Origin: Vampirovibrionales bacterium
Lineage (GTDB): Bacteria; Cyanobacteriota; Vampirovibrionia; Vampirovibrionales; JAJTHC01
Direction: 5' to 3'
Assembly (NCBI GenBank): GCA_947458095.1
Contig: CANGYO010000003.1
Location: 1 to 55,588 of the forward strand
Length of the DNA stretch: 55,588 bases
Both the position numbers and the translations under genes were made by a program. Shown one piece after another: positions 29,365 to 38,266 of the stretch. The notes beneath the pieces are model-generated. The model was not told the origin of the DNA, ran no database searches, and was given only the letters and a program-made list of their open reading frames with translations. How positions within the stretch are numbered: the stretch's first letter is position 1; every line of letters begins with the position of its first letter.

Positions 29365-30512
29365 GCTAAGGCGTTCGCTTTCTGGGTGATTTCTTGAGGG
29401 AATAAGGCGTGTACAACCCCTTCCGTAAAGGCGTGCCATGTGTAAGCATGACTGCTGTTGAGGGCTTGGCTTTTTAGGCGAAGCACGTCTTCGTCTTTTA
29501 GATTTAAAAAGTGTTTCAGGGCTTGAAAAAGCGTCCCAAAGATCTTGGCATTGCGGGGAAAAGACAAGCCGTTTTCTCCATGACGAATCAATTCCGCTAC
29601 CCCCGCAGAAGCAGACACGATCGGCACCACGCCAGATGCCATCGCTTCTAGCACGACCAAGCCAAAGGCTTCATTCAAAGACGGCAACACAAGGGCATCG
29701 ATTTGGGCATAAAACGGCGTCATATCCGCTTGAAAAGGGAGTATTTCCACACAGTTTTTCAATTGAAAAAGACGGATAAGACCTTGAGCCAGCAGGTCTT
29801 TTTGATACTGTGGATGAATCATCCGCACACGAAACGAGGGTCCCCACAGCTTTAAAACGCCCATCACCATAAGAAATAAAAGCCCGCCTTTGTTGAGGGA
29901 ACGACTATTGACCATGCCAACCACCAACGGCTTAGAAACAGGCAACACATCGCTGATGCCTGCTGTAGAAACACCGGGATACACCACATTCACCTGATGA
30001 GGGGGCAAGTCAAAATAACGAACATAATCGTCCTTCACGGTTTGAGACACCGTTAAAAAGAGGCGTTTCTGCCCGTAAGCGTCTTGCGGATGAAAGTTTT
30101 CAGCTTGACGCTTGATTTTCGCTTGATTGAGGAGCTGGCTTATGCCCCGAATGCCCCACCAGTCCCCCGCTCGGCGGTGCGGTAAGGAATGCGATTGCAG
30201 TAATAGGTTGCCAAAGGGTGCCAAGACATCCGAAAAAAGCAGAGTCACATCAGGGTGAGCGTCTGTGTACGACTTGATTTCAGCGAGAACACTTTCTCTA
30301 TTCGTATAAATAGACCCTTCAAAAAAGAAAAAGTTCGTAAAGCCTTTATAGTTCGTCTGATGACTTTTCTGTGTGATGATCGTGAGTTCAAGGTCGTCCC
30401 GTTCAATGAGCTGGTTCAATAACTCAACGTTCAGGCGATTTGCACCGCCTTTGATGCCTTCATCTAAGAGCAAGGCATCGAGAGAATGAATGACCAACGC
30501 AAGTTTTTTCAC
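29358..30512 (-). CDS. Glycosyltransferase family 4 (GT-B, Glycos_transf_1)
   Basis: PSLNEAFGLVVLEAMASGVVPIVS is an E-x7-E type motif. 384 aa. Confidence 0.85.
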   Translation of the reverse strand: MKKLALVIHSLDALLLDEGIKGGANRLNVELLNQLIERDDLELTIITQKSHQTNYKGFTNFFFFEGSIYTNRESVLAEIKSYTDAHPDVTLLFSDVLAPFGNLLLQSHSLPHRRAGDWWGIRGISQLLNQAKIKRQAENFHPQDAYGQKRLFLTVSQTVKDDYVRYFDLPPHQVNVVYPGVSTAGISDVLPVSKPLVVGMVNSRSLNKGGLLFLMVMGVLKLWGPSFRVRMIHPQYQKDLLAQGLIRLFQLKNCVEILPFQADMTPFYAQIDALVLPSLNEAFGLVVLEAMASGVVPIVSASAGVAELIRHGENGLSFPRNAKIFGTLFQALKHFLNLKDEDVLRLKSQALNSSHAYTWHAFTEGVVHALFPQEITQKANALAC

Positions 30513-30656
30513 AAGGGCTTAAGCTTTCTATAACACGATCATTCTTTTAGTATAAAGCGAAAACAAAAACTAACAATTGAAAAATCTGTCTTTTGTTTGT
30601 GATATGCTTAAAAAAATTGCTCCCACTTTGAAAATACTGAAAGAATCGAACGTCCC

Positions 30657-32606
30657 ATGCTTCAAGCTCAAAATGTGTCTGTCTTTTTTGGATCCCACCA
30701 AGTGCTTCACGATGTTTCGCTGAAAATCACGCCGCATAGCCGATTAGGACTCGTCGGTGCCAACGGCGGAGGTAAATCCACCCTGCTGAAATGCCTCATG
30801 GGTGAACTCACGCCGAGCGAAGGTGAAGTCAACCGCCTGCCCAATGTGCGGATCCGTTGCTTGACGCAGAACCCCGAACTCAACCCTGCCTTCACCTTGC
30901 AAGAAGAATTGTATAGCGTGTTTACCGAAGTCAACGACGCCAAATCCGAAGAAGCCACGCTTTTGGCAAAATTGGAACACCTAGACGGTAAAGCCTATGA
31001 TGAGGCGTTAAACCGCATCGCTAGCTTGCAAGAAACCTTGGATCGCTTGGGCGCCAAAGAACTCGATGCGAAAATCAGCCGTATGGTGACAGGCTTGGGC
31101 TTTGCCTTGCATGAGCTAGAACGCCCTGTGCATAAGTTCAGCGGTGGCTGGCAAATGCGGATCAACCTCGCCAAAGTGCTGTTGCAAGGGGCGGACGTCA
31201 TTTTAATGGATGAACCGACCAACCACTTGGATATGGAAGCCTGCGAATGGCTGGAAGGCTTTTTGCGTGAATACCCCGGTGGTTTGCTGGTGGTGTCGCA
31301 CGATCGTCGCTTTTTGGATGAAGTCGTCACCGAAATTGCCGAGCTGGAACGTGGGCATTTGACGCTTTATGGCGGAAATTATAGCTATTATGTGGAAGAG
31401 CGTGAACGCAACCGTGAATTGCAACAGGCGGCAGCCGACAGGCAAGAAAAAAACCTAAAGGCTCAAATGGCTTTTGTGGAACGGTTTAGAGCCAGTGCAA
31501 CGAAAAGTACGCAAGCCAAAAGTCGTGAAAAGCAGTTGGCGAAAATCGAACGTATTGAAGCCCCTCAAGCGGAATTGAAGCGTTTGCATTTTCAGTTTCC
31601 GCTGGCGAATCCGAGTGGTCGGGAAGTTTTAGAGATTAACAAGATCGCCAAAGCCTTCGGTGAAAATAAAGAACATCAGCTCTTTTCAGAAGTGTCTGCC
31701 AAGCTCGAATGGACGAAAGATGCCCCACAACGGGTCTTTATTTTGGGGGCAAACGGATGCGGAAAAACCACCTTGTTTAAATTGTTGATGGGGCTTGAAA
31801 CGCCTGATACAGGGACGATTCAGTTTGGCAATCGTGTGGAATTGGGCTACTATGCCCAGCATCAATTGCAGATTTTGGATCCGCAGAAAACCGTCTTTGA
31901 AACGCTTGAAGAAGCCATGCCTCCGACGCATCAATCGGAAATTCGGGGCGTTTTGGGACGCTTCTTATTCACCGCCGATCAAGTTTTCAAAAAAGTCGAC
32001 GTCATTAGCGGTGGCGAAAAAGGACGGCTTGCCATGGCAAAGCTCATGGTCGGAGGCCCCAACACCCTCTTGCTAGACGAGCCCACCAACCACCTCGACA
32101 CACCTGCCCAAGAAGCCGTCGAATCGGCGATTCGGGCGTATCAAGGCACGGTGCTTTGTATTTCGCACGATCGCTACTTTATTCAAAGTTTGGCGACGCA
32201 GATTTGGGAGTTCGACAACGGTAGGCTCATTACCTTTGAAGGGCCTTACAATCAATACCTTGAAAAGCGAAACCTTTTGTTGATGCAGTCTCGTAAGCAG
32301 GCAGGCATTAAGCCTTCGGCAAATACGGCATCAATGGCGAATGCAGAAGGCGGAGGCGATTCCAAAGCCCAGCGACGTCAGTTGAAAGCTTTGCAAAAAC
32401 AGCTCAAAGCGGTTGAAAAAGCGGTGGAAACCCTCACGAAAGAACGTGATGCGTTGATGGAAGAGATGGCACACCCTCGTGTGGCGAAGGACTACTTGGC
32501 GTTAGATCGCATGGGGCAAGAGCTTGAGGCGATCAACCTGAAGCTTTCGGGCGAAGAATCGCATTGGGAACTGCTTAGTGAAGAGTTCGAAGCCTTGAAT
32601 TCATAA
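30657..32606 (+). CDS. ABC-F family ATPase (two ABC cassettes, no TM domain, C-terminal coiled coil)
   Basis: Walker A GANGGGKST and GANGCGKTT, signatures FSGGWQMR and ISGGEKGR, Walker B ILMDEPTNHLD and LLLDEPTNHLD. 649 aa. Confidence 0.9.
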   Translation: MLQAQNVSVFFGSHQVLHDVSLKITPHSRLGLVGANGGGKSTLLKCLMGELTPSEGEVNRLPNVRIRCLTQNPELNPAFTLQEELYSVFTEVNDAKSEEATLLAKLEHLDGKAYDEALNRIASLQETLDRLGAKELDAKISRMVTGLGFALHELERPVHKFSGGWQMRINLAKVLLQGADVILMDEPTNHLDMEACEWLEGFLREYPGGLLVVSHDRRFLDEVVTEIAELERGHLTLYGGNYSYYVEERERNRELQQAAADRQEKNLKAQMAFVERFRASATKSTQAKSREKQLAKIERIEAPQAELKRLHFQFPLANPSGREVLEINKIAKAFGENKEHQLFSEVSAKLEWTKDAPQRVFILGANGCGKTTLFKLLMGLETPDTGTIQFGNRVELGYYAQHQLQILDPQKTVFETLEEAMPPTHQSEIRGVLGRFLFTADQVFKKVDVISGGEKGRLAMAKLMVGGPNTLLLDEPTNHLDTPAQEAVESAIRAYQGTVLCISHDRYFIQSLATQIWEFDNGRLITFEGPYNQYLEKRNLLLMQSRKQAGIKPSANTASMANAEGGGDSKAQRRQLKALQKQLKAVEKAVETLTKERDALMEEMAHPRVAKDYLALDRMGQELEAINLKLSGEESHWELLSEEFEALNS

Positions 32607-32650
32607 CGACCCCGTCTAAACTTTGTCAAGAAATGCTAAACACAGCTATA

Positions 32651-32684
32651 GATTAAATAGCGTTTAGCGTCTTCGTTGTCGCTA
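32651..32684 (+). repeat. Family 2 repeat, 5' fragment (copy D)
   Basis: gattaaatagcgtttagcgtcttcgttgtcgcta matches 6216-6249 at 32 of 34 positions. Confidence 0.7.
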
Positions 32685-32752
32685 AAACACATCGTGGGGT
32701 CAAATCTTTGTAATAAAAGTTCTGTGAATTGGCTTTACTCCAAAGGAAAAAT

Positions 32753-32783
32753 CGTCATTGCGAGCGAAGCGTGACAACATTCC
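32753..32783. repeat. Family 1 repeat, single arm (P4)
   Basis: cgtcattgcgagcgaagcgtgacaacattcc is related to the arms of P1-P3. No partner arm is present. Confidence 0.5.
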
Positions 32784-32800
32784 TCGCCACAAGCGAACCT

Positions 32801-33829
32801 CTAATTTTTTAGCGGTTGGCAATAAGCAATCAATTTTTTCACCACAGAAGGTAAAGTCTTTTTATGACTCATTAAATGTGCATCAATAGGGGTTTTTAAG
32901 GCATTAAAAAGAAATAGGCTCATTAATAAGCTAGTCAATTCTTTTGCTTTCTTTTCATTGGGGACGTCTTTAAATCCCAAGGTCTGTTGTTTTAAAAAAT
33001 AAGCACACACACTATTTATAATGCCTTCCATGGGGTAAGTTCCCGCATTGATGCCCGCTTTTCGTTCTACCTGTTTTTCTACACTTAAGCCTTTTCCCAT
33101 TTTGATTTGTTTGACACCAATATATTGTTGGGCATGTAAAGTTCTTAAAAAACGAAGTACGCCTAAATCAATGTTTGGTAAAAATCCCAATGCGTGTTGG
33201 AGTAATAAAGCACTATTTGAAATTTTCCCTCGTGTGGTTTTACACATTTCAGGCATATTTTTCAAATCAGTCAAACATGCCTGAAAAAGAGGCGTTACAT
33301 GACTTAATTTACCTCGTTCAGCAATACTTACATCACCTATTTTTTTGACCCATTGGCAAATTGAAGAGTTTTGCGTTTCTTGAGTTTCTAAATCTTTTTC
33401 CATTGCCTGAAGAAGTATTTTGTAAAAGTGTGTATTTAAGTGGGCAACAAGTCCTGTATTTGCGGTCATCCATAGATTGTAACGCACTTTTTCTGGCACT
33501 TCTAAACGTTGAATCAGTTGATCTAAACCAAAGGAAGCCACCCATGTCAGAACAACCGCTGAACGTTCAGCAAATTCAACGCTTGTTAATTTTTCAAAAT
33601 CGGCTTCACTTAACTTTCCTGCATCTTTTAATTTGCCGTATTTGAAGACACTTTGCCTTAGTGCTAATAGGTGTTTGCTTATAGCAAAGACTCCTTCAAC
33701 AGCGACCAATGGTGTTTTTTCCACTACCTTTTCTATTGTTTCTAATGGCTTCGGTACGTTTATTTTTGGAAGTGAAGATGCTACAACCGTACCCAAAAAA
33801 CCCACCACAAACTTACGCCTAGGGATCAT
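32801..33829 (-). CDS. AT-rich orphan hypothetical protein with RR-containing hydrophobic N-terminus
   Basis: 342-aa uninterrupted ORF. The N-terminus is MIPRRKFVVGFLGTVVASS. I recognise no family. It is visibly AT-richer than its neighbours. Confidence 0.45.
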   Translation of the reverse strand: MIPRRKFVVGFLGTVVASSLPKINVPKPLETIEKVVEKTPLVAVEGVFAISKHLLALRQSVFKYGKLKDAGKLSEADFEKLTSVEFAERSAVVLTWVASFGLDQLIQRLEVPEKVRYNLWMTANTGLVAHLNTHFYKILLQAMEKDLETQETQNSSICQWVKKIGDVSIAERGKLSHVTPLFQACLTDLKNMPEMCKTTRGKISNSALLLQHALGFLPNIDLGVLRFLRTLHAQQYIGVKQIKMGKGLSVEKQVERKAGINAGTYPMEGIINSVCAYFLKQQTLGFKDVPNEKKAKELTSLLMSLFLFNALKTPIDAHLMSHKKTLPSVVKKLIAYCQPLKN

Positions 33830-33861
33830 AAAAATTCAAATCCTTAACAGTGTTATATTTT

Positions 33862-33936
33862 TCGCTATGATGTTCGATGTGCTTATGTTCACCTTTATAG
33901 TCCTTAAACACCTGAGCGTCTAAGGCTATTTAAATC
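33862..33936 (+). repeat. Family 2 repeat, 3' two-thirds (copy E)
   Basis: tcgctatgatgttcgatgtgcttatgttcacc...gagcgtctaaggctatttaaatcg is collinear with 6245-6320. Confidence 0.55.
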
Positions 33937-34142
33937 GTTCGCAAGCTATTTCTATGTGTTAGAATTAGTCTATTTCAAATTATTTACCTTGTAAAGCATA
34001 GTGTATAAAATACGTTTGTGTTTTTTTACAATTCGTAACAAACCCCAATCCCTTAAGACAAGACTATACCTTAGATGAACGTAAGCACACAAACGAGTCG
34101 TTATACTATAAGGTAGAGAGAATTATAGAGAGAACAAGCGTT

Positions 34143-36296
34143 ATGATGGCTAACACCGCCGTAATCCCGACAGGCCTGCAAGGATTTTTCGCCAAAATCC
34201 TGCAACATAATGATGTCTTCCTTGCGGTTGGGATGATCCTCATCGTGCTGATGATGATTCTGCCCTTGCCTCCCTTTTTGCTCGATATTCTGCTTACGCT
34301 CAACCTTTCGCTCAGCATCATCATTCTATTGGTGACGCTCTACACCAAAGAACCCTTGCAGTATTCCACTTTTCCCACCTTATTACTCGTGTCTACCTTG
34401 TTTCGCTTGGGCTTGAACGTGAGTTCGTCAAGGTTGCTACTGCTCACAGGGGAAGCAGGGGCGGTGATTGAATCCTTCGGGAACTTTGTCGTCGGCGGAA
34501 ATTACGTCGTGGGTTTGTTGATTTTCATTATTTTGATGATTATTAACTTCATGGTTATTACCAATGGGGCAGGGCGAGTTTCCGAAGTTTCCGCTCGCTT
34601 CACCTTGGATGCCTTACCAGGTAAGCAATTGTCGATCGACGCCGACTTAAACGCAGGCATGATTACCGAAGCCGTCGCCAAAAAACGACGGGTGAACGTC
34701 CAAAAAGAAGCGGACTTTTACGGTACCATGGATGGTGCGTCGAAGTTCGTCAAGGGCGACGCCATTGCAGGCATTATCATCACCGTGATTAACATCGTCT
34801 TTGGTTTGATTATCGGGGTGGTACAATTGGGTATGGATCCTGCCACCGCCGCAGCGACGTTTACGACCCTCACCGTAGGGGATGGCTTGGTGTCGTCTTT
34901 ACCTGCTTTGTTGATTTCATCCGCCACAGGTATTTTGGTGACTCGTGTGAGTGAAGACGACGACGCCAGTTTGGGCGATGAACTCGGCAAGCAGTTATTG
35001 TCGAACTATAAAGTGCTGGCTATTTTATCAGGGCTTTTATTGTTGATTGGTTTCATTCCCGGTATGCCAAACGCTCCGTTCTTATTCATCGGAGCCATTG
35101 CGGGAGCAGGTGCCTTTTATACCTTTAAAAATACCAAAACCAAAGCCAAAGCCGATTCCGACAAAATAACCGCCGATGCCCTCGCACAAGACAAAAAAGA
35201 CAATCCTGCGAAAACCAGCACCGAAGAAGTCTTGGAACTCTTGCATATTGAGCCTATGGAATTGGAATTGGGCTACCGCTTGGTGCCGTTGATTGAAGCG
35301 GAATCGGGGGGGGATTTACTCGAACGCATCGCCAACATTCGCAAGCAAATGGCGCAAGATTTTGGCGTGGTGTTGCCTTCTATTCGGGTGAGAGACAACC
35401 TACATATTGAAGCCGATGCCTACACGCTGAAGCTTAGAGGCATCGAGCTGGGGCAAGGGAAAATCAATGCCGATATGTTGTTGGCGATGTCCACCGATCC
35501 TGATTTGGCGGATGAAGTCGAAGGCATCGCCACTATAGAGCCAGCCTTTGGCTTACCTGCGTTATGGATCGACAAAGACGATCGTGAAGAGGCGGAAATG
35601 AACGGCTTTACGGTGATTCATCCTGCGGCGGTTTTGGCGACGCACTTAACGGAGCTGATGAAACGCAACCAATCGCAGATCGTCACCCGTCAAGATGTCA
35701 AGCAACTCCTCGACAACCTCAAAAAAACGAGCGAAGCCCATACCTCTTTGGTGGACGACTTGGTGCCGTCTCAACTCAGCATTTCAGAACTGCATTACAT
35801 TTTGCAATTGTTACTTATGGAAAATGTCTCTATTCGGGATTTAACGTCCGTTTTAGAAAGCATTGCCTACCATTGCCGAATTTCAAAGTCGCCTGATTAT
35901 TTGGTGGAACAGTGTCGTGTCGCCTTGAGCCGTCACTTATGCAAGCAACATGTGGATGAAAGCAGCGGTAAATTGCCTGTTTTGACCTTATCGCCTGATG
36001 TCGAAGAAAATATGGCGAATCACTTGGTGAATACCGCCACGAATAAGGACGGTCAGCAGACCTTTATGTTGGCGTTGAATCCGCAGTATACGCAGAACTT
36101 GCTTTCTACGATCAACCAGCAGATTGAAGAAGTCTTGACGACACAAGGCGTGCAACCTGTGTTGTTGTGTAACGGAAAATTACGCAGTCATGTGCGTAAG
36201 TTGATCGAGCGTATGTTGCCTCAAGTGGCGGTTTTAAGCTACAACGAGATAGGCCCGCTCACGCAAGTGCAGAGCTACGGCAGCATCAGGGTTTAG
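34143..36296 (+). CDS. flhA: Flagellar/type III secretion export apparatus protein FlhA (SctV family)
   Basis: 717 aa. The FHIPEP core is present: FPTLLLVSTLFRLGLNVSSSRLLL, VIESFGNFVVGGNYVVG, LPGKQLSIDADLNAG, GASKFVKGDAIAG, plus a large cytoplasmic C-domain. Confidence 0.9.
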   Translation: MMANTAVIPTGLQGFFAKILQHNDVFLAVGMILIVLMMILPLPPFLLDILLTLNLSLSIIILLVTLYTKEPLQYSTFPTLLLVSTLFRLGLNVSSSRLLLLTGEAGAVIESFGNFVVGGNYVVGLLIFIILMIINFMVITNGAGRVSEVSARFTLDALPGKQLSIDADLNAGMITEAVAKKRRVNVQKEADFYGTMDGASKFVKGDAIAGIIITVINIVFGLIIGVVQLGMDPATAAATFTTLTVGDGLVSSLPALLISSATGILVTRVSEDDDASLGDELGKQLLSNYKVLAILSGLLLLIGFIPGMPNAPFLFIGAIAGAGAFYTFKNTKTKAKADSDKITADALAQDKKDNPAKTSTEEVLELLHIEPMELELGYRLVPLIEAESGGDLLERIANIRKQMAQDFGVVLPSIRVRDNLHIEADAYTLKLRGIELGQGKINADMLLAMSTDPDLADEVEGIATIEPAFGLPALWIDKDDREEAEMNGFTVIHPAAVLATHLTELMKRNQSQIVTRQDVKQLLDNLKKTSEAHTSLVDDLVPSQLSISELHYILQLLLMENVSIRDLTSVLESIAYHCRISKSPDYLVEQCRVALSRHLCKQHVDESSGKLPVLTLSPDVEENMANHLVNTATNKDGQQTFMLALNPQYTQNLLSTINQQIEEVLTTQGVQPVLLCNGKLRSHVRKLIERMLPQVAVLSYNEIGPLTQVQSYGSIRV

Positions 36297-37011
36297 AAAC
36301 CAAGTGTGCGTGTTGTTCAGCCAAATAGGGGGTTACTGTGTGGTGCAAGTCGTTCACTTTAAAGGCTAAAGATTCACCGATTGTTTCATCTACTCCTAAT
36401 ACTGCTTTGTAGTGTGTTAAGGCATCTGAAGCACGACCAAAAAACGGTGCCCACGCATCTAAGACTAAAGCATTTCCCCACGTTTTGGGGTCGTGCCATT
36501 GAGTCTTTGGGTCTACTAATGTAACTAAAAAATGGTGATCTAAACAAATTTGAGTCCTTTTTTGATTTACGATTTGGGTGTGTATCATAGCTGTGTTGAT
36601 ACCCATACGGTACAAAGCGTCTTGTAATATTAAATTCAGATAATCGCAATTGCCAATTTTTTTAGTCGTTAACAGCTTTTTTACTAATTCAAAGCGTTGC
36701 ATTGTATATTCCAAAGGAGAGTTGATAGAGGCAAGAGATTCAGCAATTAAAGCCTGTTCCTGTCCTATTTTGGTAAATAAGTCACGTGCAGACTTTTGTT
36801 TCTCCTTTGCCTGCGTTCCGAAATTTAAGTTGCCGAATGAAACTACCTCTTTTGTAGAACTTTTCGTCTCTAAAAAAATACGTTCTTTCTCATAAACTTC
36901 TCGAGCTATTCGAATAACTTCTTCTTCAATCCGACTTTGTGATCCAGAGCGAGCTGAAGGTGGAAGAAATTGGGGAGATAAAGTTGGTATCATAAGAGGT
37001 TTCATTTTCAA
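36286..37011 (-). CDS. AT-rich orphan protein with Cys-His-Asp (transglutaminase/NAT/papain-like) pattern
   Basis: 241 aa. IGNCDYLNLILQDALYRMGI, then DHHFLVTLV about 37 aa later, then LVLDAWAP about 27 aa after that. Its 3' end overlaps the flhA 3' end by 11 nt. Confidence 0.4.
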   Translation of the reverse strand: MKMKPLMIPTLSPQFLPPSARSGSQSRIEEEVIRIAREVYEKERIFLETKSSTKEVVSFGNLNFGTQAKEKQKSARDLFTKIGQEQALIAESLASINSPLEYTMQRFELVKKLLTTKKIGNCDYLNLILQDALYRMGINTAMIHTQIVNQKRTQICLDHHFLVTLVDPKTQWHDPKTWGNALVLDAWAPFFGRASDALTHYKAVLGVDETIGESLAFKVNDLHHTVTPYLAEQHAHLVSKP

Positions 37012-37142
37012 ACTCCAAAATTGAAAGGGTCATAAAAAGCGTTCATCGCTACAAAGACATAAAACACCCTCAAGCTTATTTGATGCCCCCTCAAGCATCA
37101 GGGTTTAGGGGTTTTAAAAAACCAGGGGGTTTTCTCGTGACT

Positions 37143-37287
37143 TTCTGACACACGAAACCCTCATTTCTGACACACAAAACCCCCGATTCTGACACACAAA
37201 ACCCTCGATTCTGACACACAAAACCCCCGATTCTGACACACAAAACCCCCGATTCTGACACACAAAACCCCCGATTCTGACACACGA
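37143..37287. repeat. Tandem direct repeat, 22-bp unit x 6 plus a partial seventh
   Basis: Unit starts at 37143, 37165, 37187, 37209, 37231, 37253 and 37275. The consensus is ttctgacacacaaaacccccga; four copies are identical, copy 1 and copy 3 are variants, and the last copy is truncated. Confidence 0.95.
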
Positions 37288-37300
37288 TTTCAAGGGGAAA

Positions 37301-37374
37301 CGTCATGTTGTTGCAACGAAACATCTCCTCCCTCTGTGTCGGGGGGAGATCCTTCACAGTCGTTCAGGATGACG
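37301..37374. repeat. Family 1 hairpin repeat (P2)
   Basis: Arms cgtcatgttgttgcaacgaaacatctcc and ggagatccttcacagtcgttcaggatgacg. It directly abuts the tandem array. Confidence 0.75.
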
Positions 37375-37459
37375 TCTTCAATTTTCAAGGAGCCACTCTT
37401 CTTCATTATGACCCATTTTCAACACCTCGCCTAGTGGCTAAAACCCACGTTTTTCATTT

Positions 37460-38266
37460 TTAAATCCGCAATAACATCGTCAGCATGACATGGCGGATGA
37501 TTGGGAACAAGGTCGGCACGGTGACGAAAAAGATAATCAAGCCCAACAACGGCTTAATGCTCGCACTCAACTGAAAGACAGGAATCTGTTGAGCGGTTTT
37601 GTTCACAATACCTAAAATACAATCCATTAAAATGGTGGTAATGTAAAACGGTGCCGAAATCAGCATCGCCAAGGGAATAATCGACGCCGACGTGTCAATC
37701 CACTGATAAATGGTAATGACCTTGAAAAAAGCGATATTCAACACATGCAAAGGCACCAAGGCAAGGCTCTTATCCAGCGTTTTCAGCAACAGCTCGATGC
37801 CCCCCACATACACAAACACAATCGACGCCAAGCCACTGAAAATCGGTCCCATAATGGCTGAACTTTGCTTGGTAGACGGATCCATCATGTTCGCCATTTG
37901 AAGCCCGATCTGCATGGTGATGAATCCGCCAGCCATGGCGACCGCTTCAAAAATCAGTCGCATCGCAAAGCCAATGAACAAACCCAGTACGATATTGACC
38001 ACCATAAGCATCATAAACTCGGTAATGACAGTGCTTTTCAATATATGCGCCGACGCCTGCACCGAAGGATGCGACATCATCGCAAACGTCAACATCAACA
38101 ATAAGGCGATTTTAAATTGAGCGGGAATGTCTTTTCGGCTGAGTACAGGGGCAATGCTGATGAATCCGCCAAAGCGACATAGCACCAAAAGCCCTGCGTC
38201 AATGCCTCCGTTGGCTTGGGCATGTAAGACGTGGAAGCCCTGTAATATCGCTTCAAAACCTGCCAT
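37460..38266 (-). CDS. fliR: Flagellar/T3SS export gate protein FliR (SctT family)
   Basis: 268 aa and polytopic. LVLCRFGGFISIAPVLS..IPAQFKIALLLMLTF is a typical FliR N-terminus. Its ATG overlaps the fliQ stop (TAATG). Confidence 0.85.
   Translation of the reverse strand: MAGFEAILQGFHVLHAQANGGIDAGLLVLCRFGGFISIAPVLSRKDIPAQFKIALLLMLTFAMMSHPSVQASAHILKSTVITEFMMLMVVNIVLGLFIGFAMRLIFEAVAMAGGFITMQIGLQMANMMDPSTKQSSAIMGPIFSGLASIVFVYVGGIELLLKTLDKSLALVPLHVLNIAFFKVITIYQWIDTSASIIPLAMLISAPFYITTILMDCILGIVNKTAQQIPVFQLSASIKPLLGLIIFFVTVPTLFPIIRHVMLTMLLRI

Noticed and set aside
37143-37287. Possible CRISPR array
   Set aside because: The repeats are directly adjacent with no unique spacers, the unit is only 22 bp, and there are no cas genes in the window.
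37091-37357. 88-aa minus-strand ORF with the internally repeated peptide CQNRGFCVSESGVLCV
   Set aside because: The repeat in the peptide is simply the 22-bp tandem DNA array read through, and three 22-bp units restore the frame. There is no independent coding evidence.
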